Part shown: in pieces, positions 49,100 to 60,434 of the stretch
How the letters are laid out: every line of letters begins with the position of its first letter
Position numbering within the stretch: position 1 is the stretch's first letter
NCBI GenBank assembly: GCA_043228905.1
Contig: JBHGNT010000006.1
Location: 18,972,001 to 19,036,000 of the forward strand
DNA from: Azolla caroliniana
Taxonomy: Eukaryota; Plantae; Polypodiophyta
Direction of reading: 5' to 3'
DNA: 64,000 bases
Notes under the pieces: model-generated
Database searches by the model: none
Seen by the model: the letters and a program-made list of their open reading frames with translations, nothing else
Told to the model about the DNA's origin: nothing
Program-made: the position numbers and the translations under genes

Positions 49100-52000
49100 A
49101 TGTTCCTATTTGCCATATCAGTACATCCTTCTAGCACTATTAAGAAGGACTCCTCAATACAACTTCCGGCAAAATATCATCCTTATGCCGATGTATTTGA
49201 CAAGGTAAAAGCCGGTACCCTTCCTCATCACCGTCCCTATGACTGTCCCATCGATTTACAACCAGGAACCGAGCCACCATGGGGACCAATTTACAACTTG
49301 TCACCCACCGAGTTAGAAGTCCTTCGAGCCTACATAGAGGAGAACTTGGCAAGCGGGTTCATCCGTCATTCGAAATCTCCGGCCGGTGCACCCATCTTCT
49401 TTGTCAAGAAGAAAGATGGCTCACTTCGTCTTGTCGTTGATTACCGCGGATTGAATAAAGTCACCATCCGGAATAGGTATGCACTTCCTCTTATATCAAG
49501 TCTTTTAGAGCGAGTTAATGGTGCCAAGTTTTTTACTAAAATCGACCTACGAGGAGCGTATAATCTCGTGCGGATCCGACCGGGAGATGAGTGGAAGACC
49601 GCTTTTCGCACGCGGTATGGGCATTTCGAGTATACTGTTATGCCGTTTGGCCTAACCAATGCACCCGCAGTCTTCCAACACATGGCAAATGATATATTCA
49701 GAGACCTCTTGGATATCTGTTTGATCATTTATCTGGATGATCTGTTGATTTATTCGAAGACCCAGGAAGAGCACGATTCTCATGTACTATTAGTACTAAA
49801 GCGACTCCGCGAGAATGGTCTTTATGCCAAGCTAGAGAAATGTAGCTTTGACTGCAAGCAAGTGGAATTTCTAGGCTACGTCATCTCCTCAAAGGGCATC
49901 GCCATGGATCCAGCTAAAATCCAAATTGTACTAGAGTGGCAAATTCCACGGTCGGTACGAGATGTACAATGTTTTCTAGGCTTTGCTAACTTCTACCGTA
50001 AGTTTATACAGGATTACTCGAAGATTATTTTACCTCTCACACAACTTACGAAGAAGGGCCAAGCATTTCTTTGGTCCATCGAAGCAGATATGGCTTTTCG
50101 GCATCTTAAGAAAGCCTTTACATCAGCACCGATTCTAGCTCATGTGGATACAAGAAAACCATTCATCATGGAGGCCGACGCATCAGATTTCGCCCTCGGT
50201 AGCATCCTTTCTCAACAAGGCGATAAAGAAGAGTTGCATCCGGTGGCTTTCCATTCGCGCAAATTCAATGTCGCAGAAATCAACTACGAAATACATGACA
50301 AGGAGTTATTAGCCATCGTGGATTCATTTGTACAATGGCGGCATTTCTTAGAGGGCTCTCCACATCAGGTCATTGTCTTTAGTGATCATAAAAATCTTGC
50401 TTATTTTCAGAACGCTCGCGTACTAAATCGACGGCAAGCTCGGTGGGCGCAATTCCTCACGCGTTTCAACTTCAAAATCACATATCGACCGGGGAAGCAG
50501 CAAGGAAAAGCAGATGTACTATCACGGCGTTCATATCTTGCACCTCGTCCTGGTGACGCAACATTTGATAATCAAAAGCAAGTAATCTTGGGACCAACAC
50601 GACTCCACACGACGCGGATTTTTCACACCCCGATGGATTCACGGATTACCGATGACATACGTGCAACCTTGAAGACGGATAGTTTTGCTCAAGACATCCT
50701 AGCGCACATTGATACTTCTCGGGCATCCTGTTCTCAGTCTCAACAACCAGGTATTGACTACCGACAATTCGAATATCATGATGGTTTGTTATTCTTTAAA
50801 AAGCGCGTATATGTCCCCGATTGCTCCTGTCGCCTTCAAATCGTCCAACATTGTCACGACACCCATACGGCGGGACATTTCGGTAGTACCAAGACGTTGG
50901 AGTTAGTGCAGCGATCTTTTTGGTGGCCCCACATGCGCCGTTTTGTCGACGACTACGTTCGGACTTGTGATGCTTGCTGCCTAGCAAAGATGCCACGACA
51001 CCATCCATATGGCTTGTTGGAACCTTTACCAATTCCAAGTAAGCCATGGCAGTCTATTTGTCTTGATTTTATTACAGATCTGCCGGTCTCGAAGGGGTTC
51101 GATGCTATCCTAACCATCGTCGATCGATATACGAAGATGGCACATTTTGTGCCATGTACTAAAGCCATCACTAGCGAGGAAACCGCTGCTCTTGTTATGC
51201 GTGAGGTATTTCGGCATCATGACCTACCAGACAGTATTATCAGTGACCGAGGCCCGCAATTTGTCTCCAAATTTTGGCAGCATCTCTTCAGGATGCTCAA
51301 GGTCTCCTGCAACCTCTCCTCCGGCCACCATCCTCAAACTGACGGACAGGCGGAACGAACAAACCAAACGTTGGAGCAATATCTCCGGTGTTTCCTGAGT
51401 TATCAACAGGACGATTGGGCCGAGATTCTCCACTTTGCGGAGTTTGCGTATAATAATGCTATTCACTCCTCGACTCGGGTCTCCCCATTTCTCGCTTATA
51501 CCGGTTTCCATCCTCGCTGGTCGGTGATCGACACTCCGGAGCTACCTACCAACCCTCGTGCCGAGGACCATTTGGAGAGGCTACGCAAGATCCAGATGGA
51601 TCTCTCTACTCACCTTCGTCATGCTCAACACACACAGAAGACTTATGCGGATCGTCATCGGATTCCCTCCTCTTTTGCCATCGGAGATCGAGTATGGTTC
51701 TTACGTCGTCACATCAAGACTACTCGACCGTGCGACAAGTTGGATTATCGACGACTCGGTCCTTTCCATATTACGGGGAAGATTAATGATGTCACCTTCC
51801 GCCTGGATCTCCCTCCGCAGCTTCAGATACATCCGGTTTTCCATTGTTCTCTTCTTGAACCTTATAAAGCAAACACCATTCCCGATCGTGTGACACCACC
51901 GCCGCCCCCGCTGGAGTTGGACGCCGGCCCGGAGTATGAAGTTGCTGCCATCCTCGATTCCAAACTTGTTCGCAACAAACTTTATTACTTGGTCGATTGG

Positions 52001-52144
52001 CTCGGTTATAGTCCGAGCGAACGTACTTGGGAACCCGTCGAGAATGTTGCCAATGCACAAGATCTTCTTGCTGATTTCCACCGAAAGTATCCGGACAAAC
52101 CCGGTCCGCAATTAGCGCCGACTCGTTCCACTCGTCGTCTTTAA
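49100..52144 (+). CDS. Pol polyprotein RT-RNase H-integrase-chromodomain (1014-aa open frame; upstream part frameshifted)
   Basis: YLDD RT; EADASDFALG; HDTHTAGH...CDAC; SDRGPQF; QTDGQAERTNQ; GPF; chromodomain EYEVAAILDSK...YLVDWLGYSPSERTWEP. Confidence 0.9.
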   Translation: MFLFAISVHPSSTIKKDSSIQLPAKYHPYADVFDKVKAGTLPHHRPYDCPIDLQPGTEPPWGPIYNLSPTELEVLRAYIEENLASGFIRHSKSPAGAPIFFVKKKDGSLRLVVDYRGLNKVTIRNRYALPLISSLLERVNGAKFFTKIDLRGAYNLVRIRPGDEWKTAFRTRYGHFEYTVMPFGLTNAPAVFQHMANDIFRDLLDICLIIYLDDLLIYSKTQEEHDSHVLLVLKRLRENGLYAKLEKCSFDCKQVEFLGYVISSKGIAMDPAKIQIVLEWQIPRSVRDVQCFLGFANFYRKFIQDYSKIILPLTQLTKKGQAFLWSIEADMAFRHLKKAFTSAPILAHVDTRKPFIMEADASDFALGSILSQQGDKEELHPVAFHSRKFNVAEINYEIHDKELLAIVDSFVQWRHFLEGSPHQVIVFSDHKNLAYFQNARVLNRRQARWAQFLTRFNFKITYRPGKQQGKADVLSRRSYLAPRPGDATFDNQKQVILGPTRLHTTRIFHTPMDSRITDDIRATLKTDSFAQDILAHIDTSRASCSQSQQPGIDYRQFEYHDGLLFFKKRVYVPDCSCRLQIVQHCHDTHTAGHFGSTKTLELVQRSFWWPHMRRFVDDYVRTCDACCLAKMPRHHPYGLLEPLPIPSKPWQSICLDFITDLPVSKGFDAILTIVDRYTKMAHFVPCTKAITSEETAALVMREVFRHHDLPDSIISDRGPQFVSKFWQHLFRMLKVSCNLSSGHHPQTDGQAERTNQTLEQYLRCFLSYQQDDWAEILHFAEFAYNNAIHSSTRVSPFLAYTGFHPRWSVIDTPELPTNPRAEDHLERLRKIQMDLSTHLRHAQHTQKTYADRHRIPSSFAIGDRVWFLRRHIKTTRPCDKLDYRRLGPFHITGKINDVTFRLDLPPQLQIHPVFHCSLLEPYKANTIPDRVTPPPPPLELDAGPEYEVAAILDSKLVRNKLYYLVDWLGYSPSERTWEPVENVANAQDLLADFHRKYPDKPGPQLAPTRSTRRL

Positions 52145-52596
52145 GGGGGAGATAGTGTCATGGCAAGACTTGAACCCATGACTTTATGCTACATGGGTCG
52201 AGCTCTTACCATTAGATTATGAATTGTATTTTGTAGGATATTATTTTCATTTATACTTTATCATAGAAAATTGATGTATATTCCAGATCTCTCTGGAACA
52301 TTCTAGAAGCTTCAGGATTATTCCTAAAAACACTATAAAAGGAGGCACAAGGCATTGTTTTGAACCAAATTGGTTCAACGCCAGTCTTAAGCCTCTTAGC
52401 CGCTTGTACTTATCTTTTCACATAATATATAGCTGATGTCATCATCTCTCTCTCTCTCTCATTCTCGCTATCTCTCTCTCTCTTTCCTCTTCTCACTTCC
52501 TCTCTCGGGAATCTTACGCAGTTCCGTCCTCTTAGTACTAATAGTACTGCTGTTCTTAGTACTAATTCCATATCTGTTTTAGTACTATTCCTGACA

Positions 52597-55500
52597 GCAC
52601 CTGTTCGACACATAGAACCGCGCAATCAGAACCCGGATGAGGATTGATTCCGGAGAGATGACCGCTACCAACGTGAACGCGGTAACAGATACGCTAATAG
52701 AAGACGCGATAACTATGACCGAGAGGAGAAACGCAGAGATAGCTACCCCCAGGACCGGTACGACCGAGACGAATACCCGGAATACGAACGACGCAAAGAA
52801 GAGAGCCGACAAGGGAACCGAAATTTCCGACGAAATCAGAAGCGTGGATTTTTCCGAAGAGAGGAACGTCGGGAGGCAGCAAGGAATGACAACCCGGTAT
52901 CGGTACCGGATAACCGAAAAACCGAAGACGACCGCCGAAGCATACCCACCCTCCAAACCGGGGACAAAGGAGAAACGAGCAACAGTCACAAGGTGTATTG
53001 TTATTACTGCCGTAAGGAAGGCCATTATAGTAACCAATGACAAGCAGCCGGCAGTCAACATGGTTACAGCCGAAATAACAGAAGTACAGCAGGTCACAAC
53101 CCGGTCAAAGGGAAAGACCGCCGAGTGGGAAGCCTAGGAGGCAATCAGAAAACAAGCGGCGCAATGGATCAAGGAGGCCAATGAACAGAATGCGGCAGAA
53201 GTTAGAGACCAAAATTTGCCAAAAGACAAAGAAATCATACAGCCAGGAGAAAACCCGATGTGGCAAGCGCTACAGGACTGTCAAATCGTGTTGCCGTTAG
53301 CACGGCTACGACAGTTGGTGCCACGGTTTACGACAGACTTACAGGCATCCGTGAGCAAACCGAAGCCGACGCCAGCACCGGCATTCTTCTCCAACCCGGA
53401 GGAAGGACCATCGGTGGTCGATACAAGTAGCCCGGCGATCACGGCAATCGTGAAAGGAAAGGAAATTGTTGGAACGATTATTGACGGAGGCTCCGGGGTA
53501 AATGTCATCAATCGACAGACATGCGATAACTTGGGCATCCGGGAATGGGAACCATGCCCCTTCTGGTTACGCATGGCGGATACCAGCTCAGTCCGACCGA
53601 CCGGGCTTATCCGGGATTTGGAAGTAACGATCGGAGGCCACGTATTCCGGATATCGGCCGTGGTGCTGCAGCTGAATGTACAAGGCGCGTACCCCCTACT
53701 GCTAGGACGACCATAGCTACGAACGGCGCATATCAAGCAGAACTGGCAAAAGAACATGATCACATTCCGGCGAGGGAAAACAAAGGTACGAGTAACGACG
53801 CAACCACGGGTGATCGCCAGTAAGGAAGCAACTCCATTGTATGCGGAAAGCATCAACATGTTGGAGGGATTACCGGACGAGGAAGTCGAGCGGTACCTCG
53901 AGGAACACCCACGAATCGTCCCACTATTTGAGGAGGATATCACGGCGGCAGTAGAACCGTACATTACGACGCCAGACGAACCGGACCAAGCGGCGATCCG
54001 GGAACTGCGACAAGCGCAGGAATCCCTAGAGAGGGAAATTACGATATCCCAGAGGGTAAAAGCATCCCAACTAGAGGAGGTGGACCTCGGCACAACAGAC
54101 AAGCCCCGACCGGTAAATGTCGCAAAGGAATTGCCGAAGGAAGAAAAGAAGGCAATGGTAGCATTATTAACAGACTTCAAGGATGTGTTCGCGTGGTCGT
54201 ACGAAGACATGCGAGGGCTGGACCCCCAGCTCTATCAGCACCAAATTCACCTAAGTACGGACGCAAAACCAATCGCTCAACGCAGGTACCGGATGAATCC
54301 GAATTATGCGGCGAAGGTGAAGGAGGAAATTGATAAGCTCCTCCGGGTCGGATTTATCCGACCGGTCAAGCAGGCAACCTGGCTGAGTCCGATAGTGGTG
54401 GTCCCAAAAAAGAACGGCAAAATCCGGGTATGCGTGGACTATCACAAACTAAATGCCGCAATAGTGACCGATGCGTTTCCACTACCATTTACGGACGGGG
54501 TGTTAGATGCGGTAGCCGGCCACGAAGTTTACAGCTTCCTGGATGGATTTAGCGGCTACAACCAAATACGAATGAACCCGGCCGACCAAGAGAAGACAGC
54601 GTTCGTTACGGAATGGGGAGTGTTCGTCGCAGTCGTGATGATGTTCGGACTAAAGGCGGCTCCAACGACCTTTCAAAGGATAATAATGGAAATTTTCGGG
54701 GAATATATCCCCGGTTTTATGCAGGTCTTCCTTGACGATTTCGCGGTCTACAGCCGGCACGGAGAGCATCTCGATCACCTCCGGCTGTGCTTGGAGAAGT
54801 GCCGCGAGTACCGGTTGAGTCTGAACCCGGCCAAGTGTGTCTTTGGAGTGGCAAGCGGCAACTTACTAGGGCACGTGGTGAGTAAGGAAGGAATCGCGGT
54901 AGATCCGGATAAAGTCAAGGCGATTCTCGAGGCACCAGCACCAAATAACGCAAAGGCTTTAAGCCGGTTCCTGGGCCAAATAAGGTGGCATAGCCGGATG
55001 ATACGGCACCTCGCAGACTTCGCTACACCATTACATACCGTCGTACACAGGGTACCCTTCCTATGGGCGGAGACGGAGGAGGAAGCCTACCAAGCGTTGA
55101 AGGTTATGCTGTCGCAAGCTCCGGTGGTGCAACCGCCGGATTGGAGTAAAAGCTTTCACGTCTTCGTCGACGCGTCAAACGTAGCAATCGGCAACGTTCT
55201 GATGCAACTCACGGAGCCGAAATGGTACCGACCGGTGTACTACGCAAGCCGGAAACTCTCAAAAGCCGAACGGAACTACTCTACGACGGAACGCGAGGCA
55301 TTGGGAATGGTGTATAGTGTCACAAAGTACAGGCACTATCTGCTCGGAAGGAAGTTTTCCTTCCATGTCGACCATTCGACACTACTCTACCTGGTCTCGA
55401 AGGCATCCCTGACGGGAAAAATTGCACGATGGACACTGCTGTTACAGGAATTTGAATTCGACATTTTCCACCGACCCGGGGCGCAGCATGCGGTAGCGGA

Positions 55501-57073
55501 CTACCTAAGCAGACTCGAATCCGGAGAAGCAGGGGTCGGCGTCCAGGATGAGTTCCCCGACGCCGAGTTGTTCCGGATCACGACGGAACCGGCAACGGAT
55601 GCAACGGTAGCCGATGAAGACACGTGGCTAACTGAGATGCATCAGTTCCTGAGCACCGGAGTACCCCCGGAGAACATGGACCGCGATGAAAGGAAAAGGG
55701 TAGCAGTAAGAAGCAGACATTTCTGCTTGGTTGGAGACACCCTCTATCACAAGGGGGCAGATGGCATCTGGAGACGAGCAGTGCGGAGCGATGAGAAGGA
55801 TTTAATCCTCAGGGAAGCCCACTGTGGAATTGTCGGCGGGCATTATGCCGGCGACGCAACCGCTCGGAAAATATGGCAGAGCGGACTGTGGTGGCCCACC
55901 ACCCTATAGGATGCCGTGAAGTATAACAGAGAATGCGATTTGTGTCAACGACTGGGCCAACCCACGGAGCAGGCCCGGATGCCACACCACCCGGTCTTGC
56001 CATTGGAACCGTTTCAAAAGTGGGGTTTGGACTTTGTCGGTCCCTTCAAGCCACCGTCAATGCGAACCGGAAATCGGTATGTCATAGTGGCGACCGACTA
56101 TTGCACCAAATGGGTAGAAGCAAAGGCCTTACGGGACAACACGGCCGCGTCCACGGCAAAGTTCCTGTACGAGTGCATATGGTGCCGGTATGGATGCCCG
56201 ATCGAGCTTATAAGTGACCAAGGAGGACATTTTCTCGGGCAGGTAGTAGAAAGCCTGACGTCATTTTACGTGGTGGTACATAAAAAGAGTACTCCCTACT
56301 ACCCTCAAGCCAATGGACTAGTGGAATCAACGAACAAAACTCTGCAGAACATCCTACGAAAAATCGTCAACGAGAACTGGACCGACTGGGATACGAAATT
56401 GCAAAGCGCGCTATGGGCGTACCGAACAACGTACAAAACCAACATCCGGACAACCCCGTTCCGACTAGCATTCGGTTTAGAAGCGGTCATGCCGGTAGAA
56501 TTCCAGATCCCCAGCTTACGGATCCAGGTAAAGGAGCGCTTAAGTGAGAAGGAGTCCGAACGAATCCGGCTGGCGACGTTGTTGGAATTAGAAGAAAACC
56601 GAGTAGCCAGCTTACTACAACTCGAACTGGAGCAAAGGAGGAGAAAAGCTTTCGTGGACCGACACCGGCGTGGCAACGAAAAGGAGTTCGAAGTCGGGAA
56701 ACCGGTGCTACTATTCCAGACACGGATGGGGAACATGCCGGGAAAGTTGCGGTTTCGGTGGACCGGACCGTTCTGGATCATCAAGGAGTACAATGGGTCG
56801 TATCAGCTCGGCACGTTGTCTGGAGAAGTCATCGGTAAGTGGGCAAATGGGTTTCGGCTAAAGCCGTATAAGGGAAATATGCCAGCCAACCCGTTCAAGC
56901 AAAACCCGGAAATCCGGCAAGAGGAAGAACCGACACTGGCAAACGTTGCTGCAGATATCCGGACCGAGGAAGAACCGACACCGATACTGACAAAGACTAT
57001 CCCGGAAAACCGACAGAAGGATCCGGTATCAGCGCGAACCGACCCGAACAAATCGGGGGGGACCAGAAAATGA
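52597..57073 (+). pseudogene. Gypsy gag C-terminus and pol (PR-RT-RH-IN) with in-frame stop codons
   Basis: ORFs 53216-53716, 53756-55909 and 55916-57073 are in one frame and separated by single TAG codons; gag N-terminus is at ~47270-47740 and the gag middle is deleted. Confidence 0.9.
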
Positions 57074-57261
57074 CGTGGTCCAAACAAACAGAAAAAAATA
57101 ATAATAATAATCATAGTAGTGATGGGGAGATCACAAGAGGTGGGAGCGCCACCATGCAACGAAGAGGCGCCATGCAGTAAAGAAGGACGTGCGCGTACTT
57201 GCTATTTAAAGCATGGAACGTGGGCACTCACACGCGGCAAGCAAGAAAGGACATACTAATT

Positions 57262-60200
57262 ATGGCAGGAGATGAACATGCGCGAGAAACGAAAAAGGGC
57301 GGCTCGAGGCAAAAGCCACTATATAAGACACAGGCCTGCGAAGGACTTACTTTTTACGAATTTTCCTACACACAGACGCAGAAGCACAGAAGAGCGATCC
57401 GACGCACAGCGCACACACAGCCCGATCCCGAACAACAGACAACAGAAGAAGAATTCGAACCAATGGCACTGTCGGAGGAGACACGCCAATGGATGAGGGA
57501 GAACGGGTTAAAAGGATTGTTGCGGATCGCCGACGCTCCACCACACGCAGAACCAGAGCAGGCAGCAGCATCGATTGATTTATCAGAAATCACGGAAGGA
57601 GCGGTGCAAGCGCTCACGGGGATAAAAGTAGGAGGACTTCAAACAATCGAAAACCCTTCAAGTGAAATCCTGTTCGAATATTTCGGTGAGTATTCTATCA
57701 GCAGCAAGGTGTACCGAACACAGGGCGGAGAGAACCTACTGTTCGGAGAAGTGGCCCGCGCCATTATGGAATACGGATTCGTGAATCCACGTCCCCCGGC
57801 CATAGCCAGGTACCGGGCAGCGTTCTTAATTGCAACGTACGAAGGATTACAAGTGGATTGGCTCCATTTCATAACCGAAGGATTGAAGGACGCCATCAAG
57901 AACCTTGTGGAAGGAAAAAAGCCATGGGCCGGGATAGCACAATGGCTAACGGTGTTAGTCCCATCGGTGCTCCCCATCAAACAAAAGAAAAGAGGTCGGC
58001 AGGAGACGACGCCGAAAAAGGTCACAAAGCGCCGACATATCCTGGAGAAACACACCCCCGGATGGACCCAGGAAGAAGCAGAACAGCGGGGGGAAGGACC
58101 ATCCCGACAGCAACAGGAACCGGCAACAAAGGCAAAACCGGCAGGAAAAGGCAAAGGGAAATCGGCCGAGGAGGAACCGGTAGCGCTCAAACCAATCAAT
58201 ATAACGCTGCGACGGCCGGAACCGGAACCAGAGGTCTTTATACAAAAGGTCCGTCTGGTAGCCGCACCGGAGGAGGAAGCTGAAACAGAAGACTCATCTG
58301 AACCACTGGTAAGACTCCCAGCAAGACAAGGTCGGGAGAGACGGGCGAAAGGACCGGCTCCACCAGTTGACAAAACTCAACAGAGGGCGCAAGGACCACC
58401 TCCAGTAGCCGAGGCGGAAGCAGTACTGGAACCCGTACCGAGGGAAGCAGCACCGACACCGGTTTTGCCGGACTTCAGAGAACCGGTCATCCCAGAGAAG
58501 AGGAATGAACAAGCGCCGGAGCCAGAGAAAAGGCCGGAAAAACAGCCTGAGTTAAGGAGTAGAAGTGAGCAAGGCTACCCCGACACAGGAAGCACAAAGC
58601 CACAATGGCTGAGATGGCTTTCGGAGCAGTTATCGGGAGTAGCGGACCAGTTAGAGGAAGAAGAAACGTGTAGGCAACATCTGACGCATACAACAACCCA
58701 GGAGTTGGTCGCGCTCCCAACACAGATCGAGGAATTGCAAGGGGAGCTGTTGCATGCAAGGGAAGGAATTCAACAAGCACAAGTTGTCACCGAGCCGGTC
58801 GGGACAACAAGGAAGCAACCAGAACCGGAACCGGAACCGGTAGCCTTGCAAACCGGCCCTGAGACCGAAAAAATAATAGAAACCTTACGAGAGGAGTTAA
58901 AAGCTCAAGAGGCATTAAGGGAAAAAGAAAGGGAGCAGCGGAAAGCGGTGGAGGACGACAGACGGAAAATGGAAGAAGGCCTCCGGAAAGGCCGAGCCAC
59001 TAATGACCGACTGCAAGAAGAAAAAGAGAAGCTGCAAAAGGAGAAGGACCGACTGCGTCGACATGCCGAGCAGGAGATAGAACGACTGCAGGAAGAACTC
59101 CGACAACAGAAGGACCGGGATGACTGGTTAAGAGCTCAGGCAAACCGACGCCTGAAGCATAAGACGGAGGACTTCGACCGTCTCTACCGAGATCACAAGC
59201 AGGCCGAGTCGGACAACAAGAAACGGGCAGCAGACTACGACCGGCAAATAGAGAAGCTGAAAGAACAACTCAAAGAGACCCGATTAGACCTGGCTAAGAC
59301 AATGGATGAGGTCAGTGCCAAAAAGGAAGCATTGTTGGCGGAAATGACCCAAGCAACGGAGAGAAGGAAGGAATTAGAGGCGCTAAGGCAGGAAAAGTTG
59401 GATCTGACCAAGATCAGGAATGAAGAAAAGGAAAGATCGACCTTCACGATCAACAAACTGCAAAGTACCTATGAAAAGCGGAAAGCGGATTACGAGGCCC
59501 AGGCTCAGATAATGGCCGACATTATAAAATGGGCAAGGAAGGAAAAGCAAGAAGCTTATGCGCATGCTAAGGCGGGGGTTGACCGGATCAAGCTCATCAT
59601 GTCAGGTTGGAGTACCCGAGCTCAGGCAAGCATCAACGAAAGTACGGAAAAGCTATGGAAGGAGTGGTCACAACAGGCAGCCGAGCTGCAGACACTCCGA
59701 GCTAATGCCGAGAATCAGAGGAAGACCGGTGACAAGTTCTACAAGATGGATGAAGAAAGTATCGTCGCCATTCGGGAAGAATTGTCGGAGGATTTCTACG
59801 CTTTAGCGGAAGAACATCTCAAAGAAATCCGAGGGTTGGTAGAGAGGTTGGATGACGGGCAGCTCGCAACTCAGTTGGAGTTGGAGAAATACGAGCAGGA
59901 CCGGTTACGACAGGAAGCCAAGGGAAGAACGACGCCAATCACTATAAGTGAGGGAGAGCGACCGGCTGAAGTTGAACCAACCGACACCGAACAACCCCGA
60001 CAAGGAATACCCGAAGAAGAACTTCCGTTCGAAGGAAATCAAGAAGAGCAGGAGCAGACCGATGCCGGAGAAGAAGAAGAGTTGAGACCGGAAGACACCA
60101 GAGCAGAGGAAGAAGGCGTACCGAGCAGACCAGTCGAGACCGGAGAAAGCGACACTGGTAACAGAACAGAGTCGGGAACGGAGGGAGAACAGGAAGAACC

Positions 60201-60384
60201 CGGACAGAGCGGTGAGGAAGCACCGGCACCACAGAATCAAGCAGAGCCGGAGCAGCAAATTTTTATGGAACAGCCAACCCAACCGGAGGTCGGAGACCAG
60301 GCAGGCAAGGAACAGGAATTGGAGGAAGAAGCACCACTTGACACCATCGAGCAGAGTGTGCTCGATATTTTGGAGGAAGAATGA
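57262..60384 (+). CDS. Retrotransposon extra ORF (1040 aa from first ATG): globular N-terminal domain, Pro/Glu linker, long coiled coil, acidic tail
   Basis: Uninterrupted ORF between the integrase stop and the 3' LTR; FLIATYEGLQVDWLHFITEGL resembles motifs in plant retroelement accessory ORFs; E/K/R/Q-rich heptad region ~58850-59900. Confidence 0.8.
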   Translation: MAGDEHARETKKGGSRQKPLYKTQACEGLTFYEFSYTQTQKHRRAIRRTAHTQPDPEQQTTEEEFEPMALSEETRQWMRENGLKGLLRIADAPPHAEPEQAAASIDLSEITEGAVQALTGIKVGGLQTIENPSSEILFEYFGEYSISSKVYRTQGGENLLFGEVARAIMEYGFVNPRPPAIARYRAAFLIATYEGLQVDWLHFITEGLKDAIKNLVEGKKPWAGIAQWLTVLVPSVLPIKQKKRGRQETTPKKVTKRRHILEKHTPGWTQEEAEQRGEGPSRQQQEPATKAKPAGKGKGKSAEEEPVALKPINITLRRPEPEPEVFIQKVRLVAAPEEEAETEDSSEPLVRLPARQGRERRAKGPAPPVDKTQQRAQGPPPVAEAEAVLEPVPREAAPTPVLPDFREPVIPEKRNEQAPEPEKRPEKQPELRSRSEQGYPDTGSTKPQWLRWLSEQLSGVADQLEEEETCRQHLTHTTTQELVALPTQIEELQGELLHAREGIQQAQVVTEPVGTTRKQPEPEPEPVALQTGPETEKIIETLREELKAQEALREKEREQRKAVEDDRRKMEEGLRKGRATNDRLQEEKEKLQKEKDRLRRHAEQEIERLQEELRQQKDRDDWLRAQANRRLKHKTEDFDRLYRDHKQAESDNKKRAADYDRQIEKLKEQLKETRLDLAKTMDEVSAKKEALLAEMTQATERRKELEALRQEKLDLTKIRNEEKERSTFTINKLQSTYEKRKADYEAQAQIMADIIKWARKEKQEAYAHAKAGVDRIKLIMSGWSTRAQASINESTEKLWKEWSQQAAELQTLRANAENQRKTGDKFYKMDEESIVAIREELSEDFYALAEEHLKEIRGLVERLDDGQLATQLELEKYEQDRLRQEAKGRTTPITISEGERPAEVEPTDTEQPRQGIPEEELPFEGNQEEQEQTDAGEEEELRPEDTRAEEEGVPSRPVETGESDTGNRTESGTEGEQEEPGQSGEEAPAPQNQAEPEQQIFMEQPTQPEVGDQAGKEQELEEEAPLDTIEQSVLDILEEE

Positions 60385-60394
60385 TGCCGGGAGT

Positions 60395-60434
60395 GGATTC
60401 GAAGTGCAAGGCACTTTCCCACGGGCGTGCCATG
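60395..60434 (+). other. tRNA-Arg 3'-end-like motif occupying the PPT position (reads as a PBS on the minus strand)
   Basis: ...TTCCCACGGGCGTGCCA-tg-[3' LTR]; reverse complement TGGCACGCCCGTGGGA; no purine tract present. Confidence 0.7.

Larger units (their letters stand above)
47741..52596 (+). mobile_element. Tcn1-like chromovirus nested in Gypsy gag; 5' LTR lost, 3' LTR 52156-52596
   Basis: Gag CLYCGGPGHIAINC; LLDSGANSCF; PPT aagggggagatag before tgtca...tgaca LTR; small deletion/frameshift near 48945. Confidence 0.93.
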
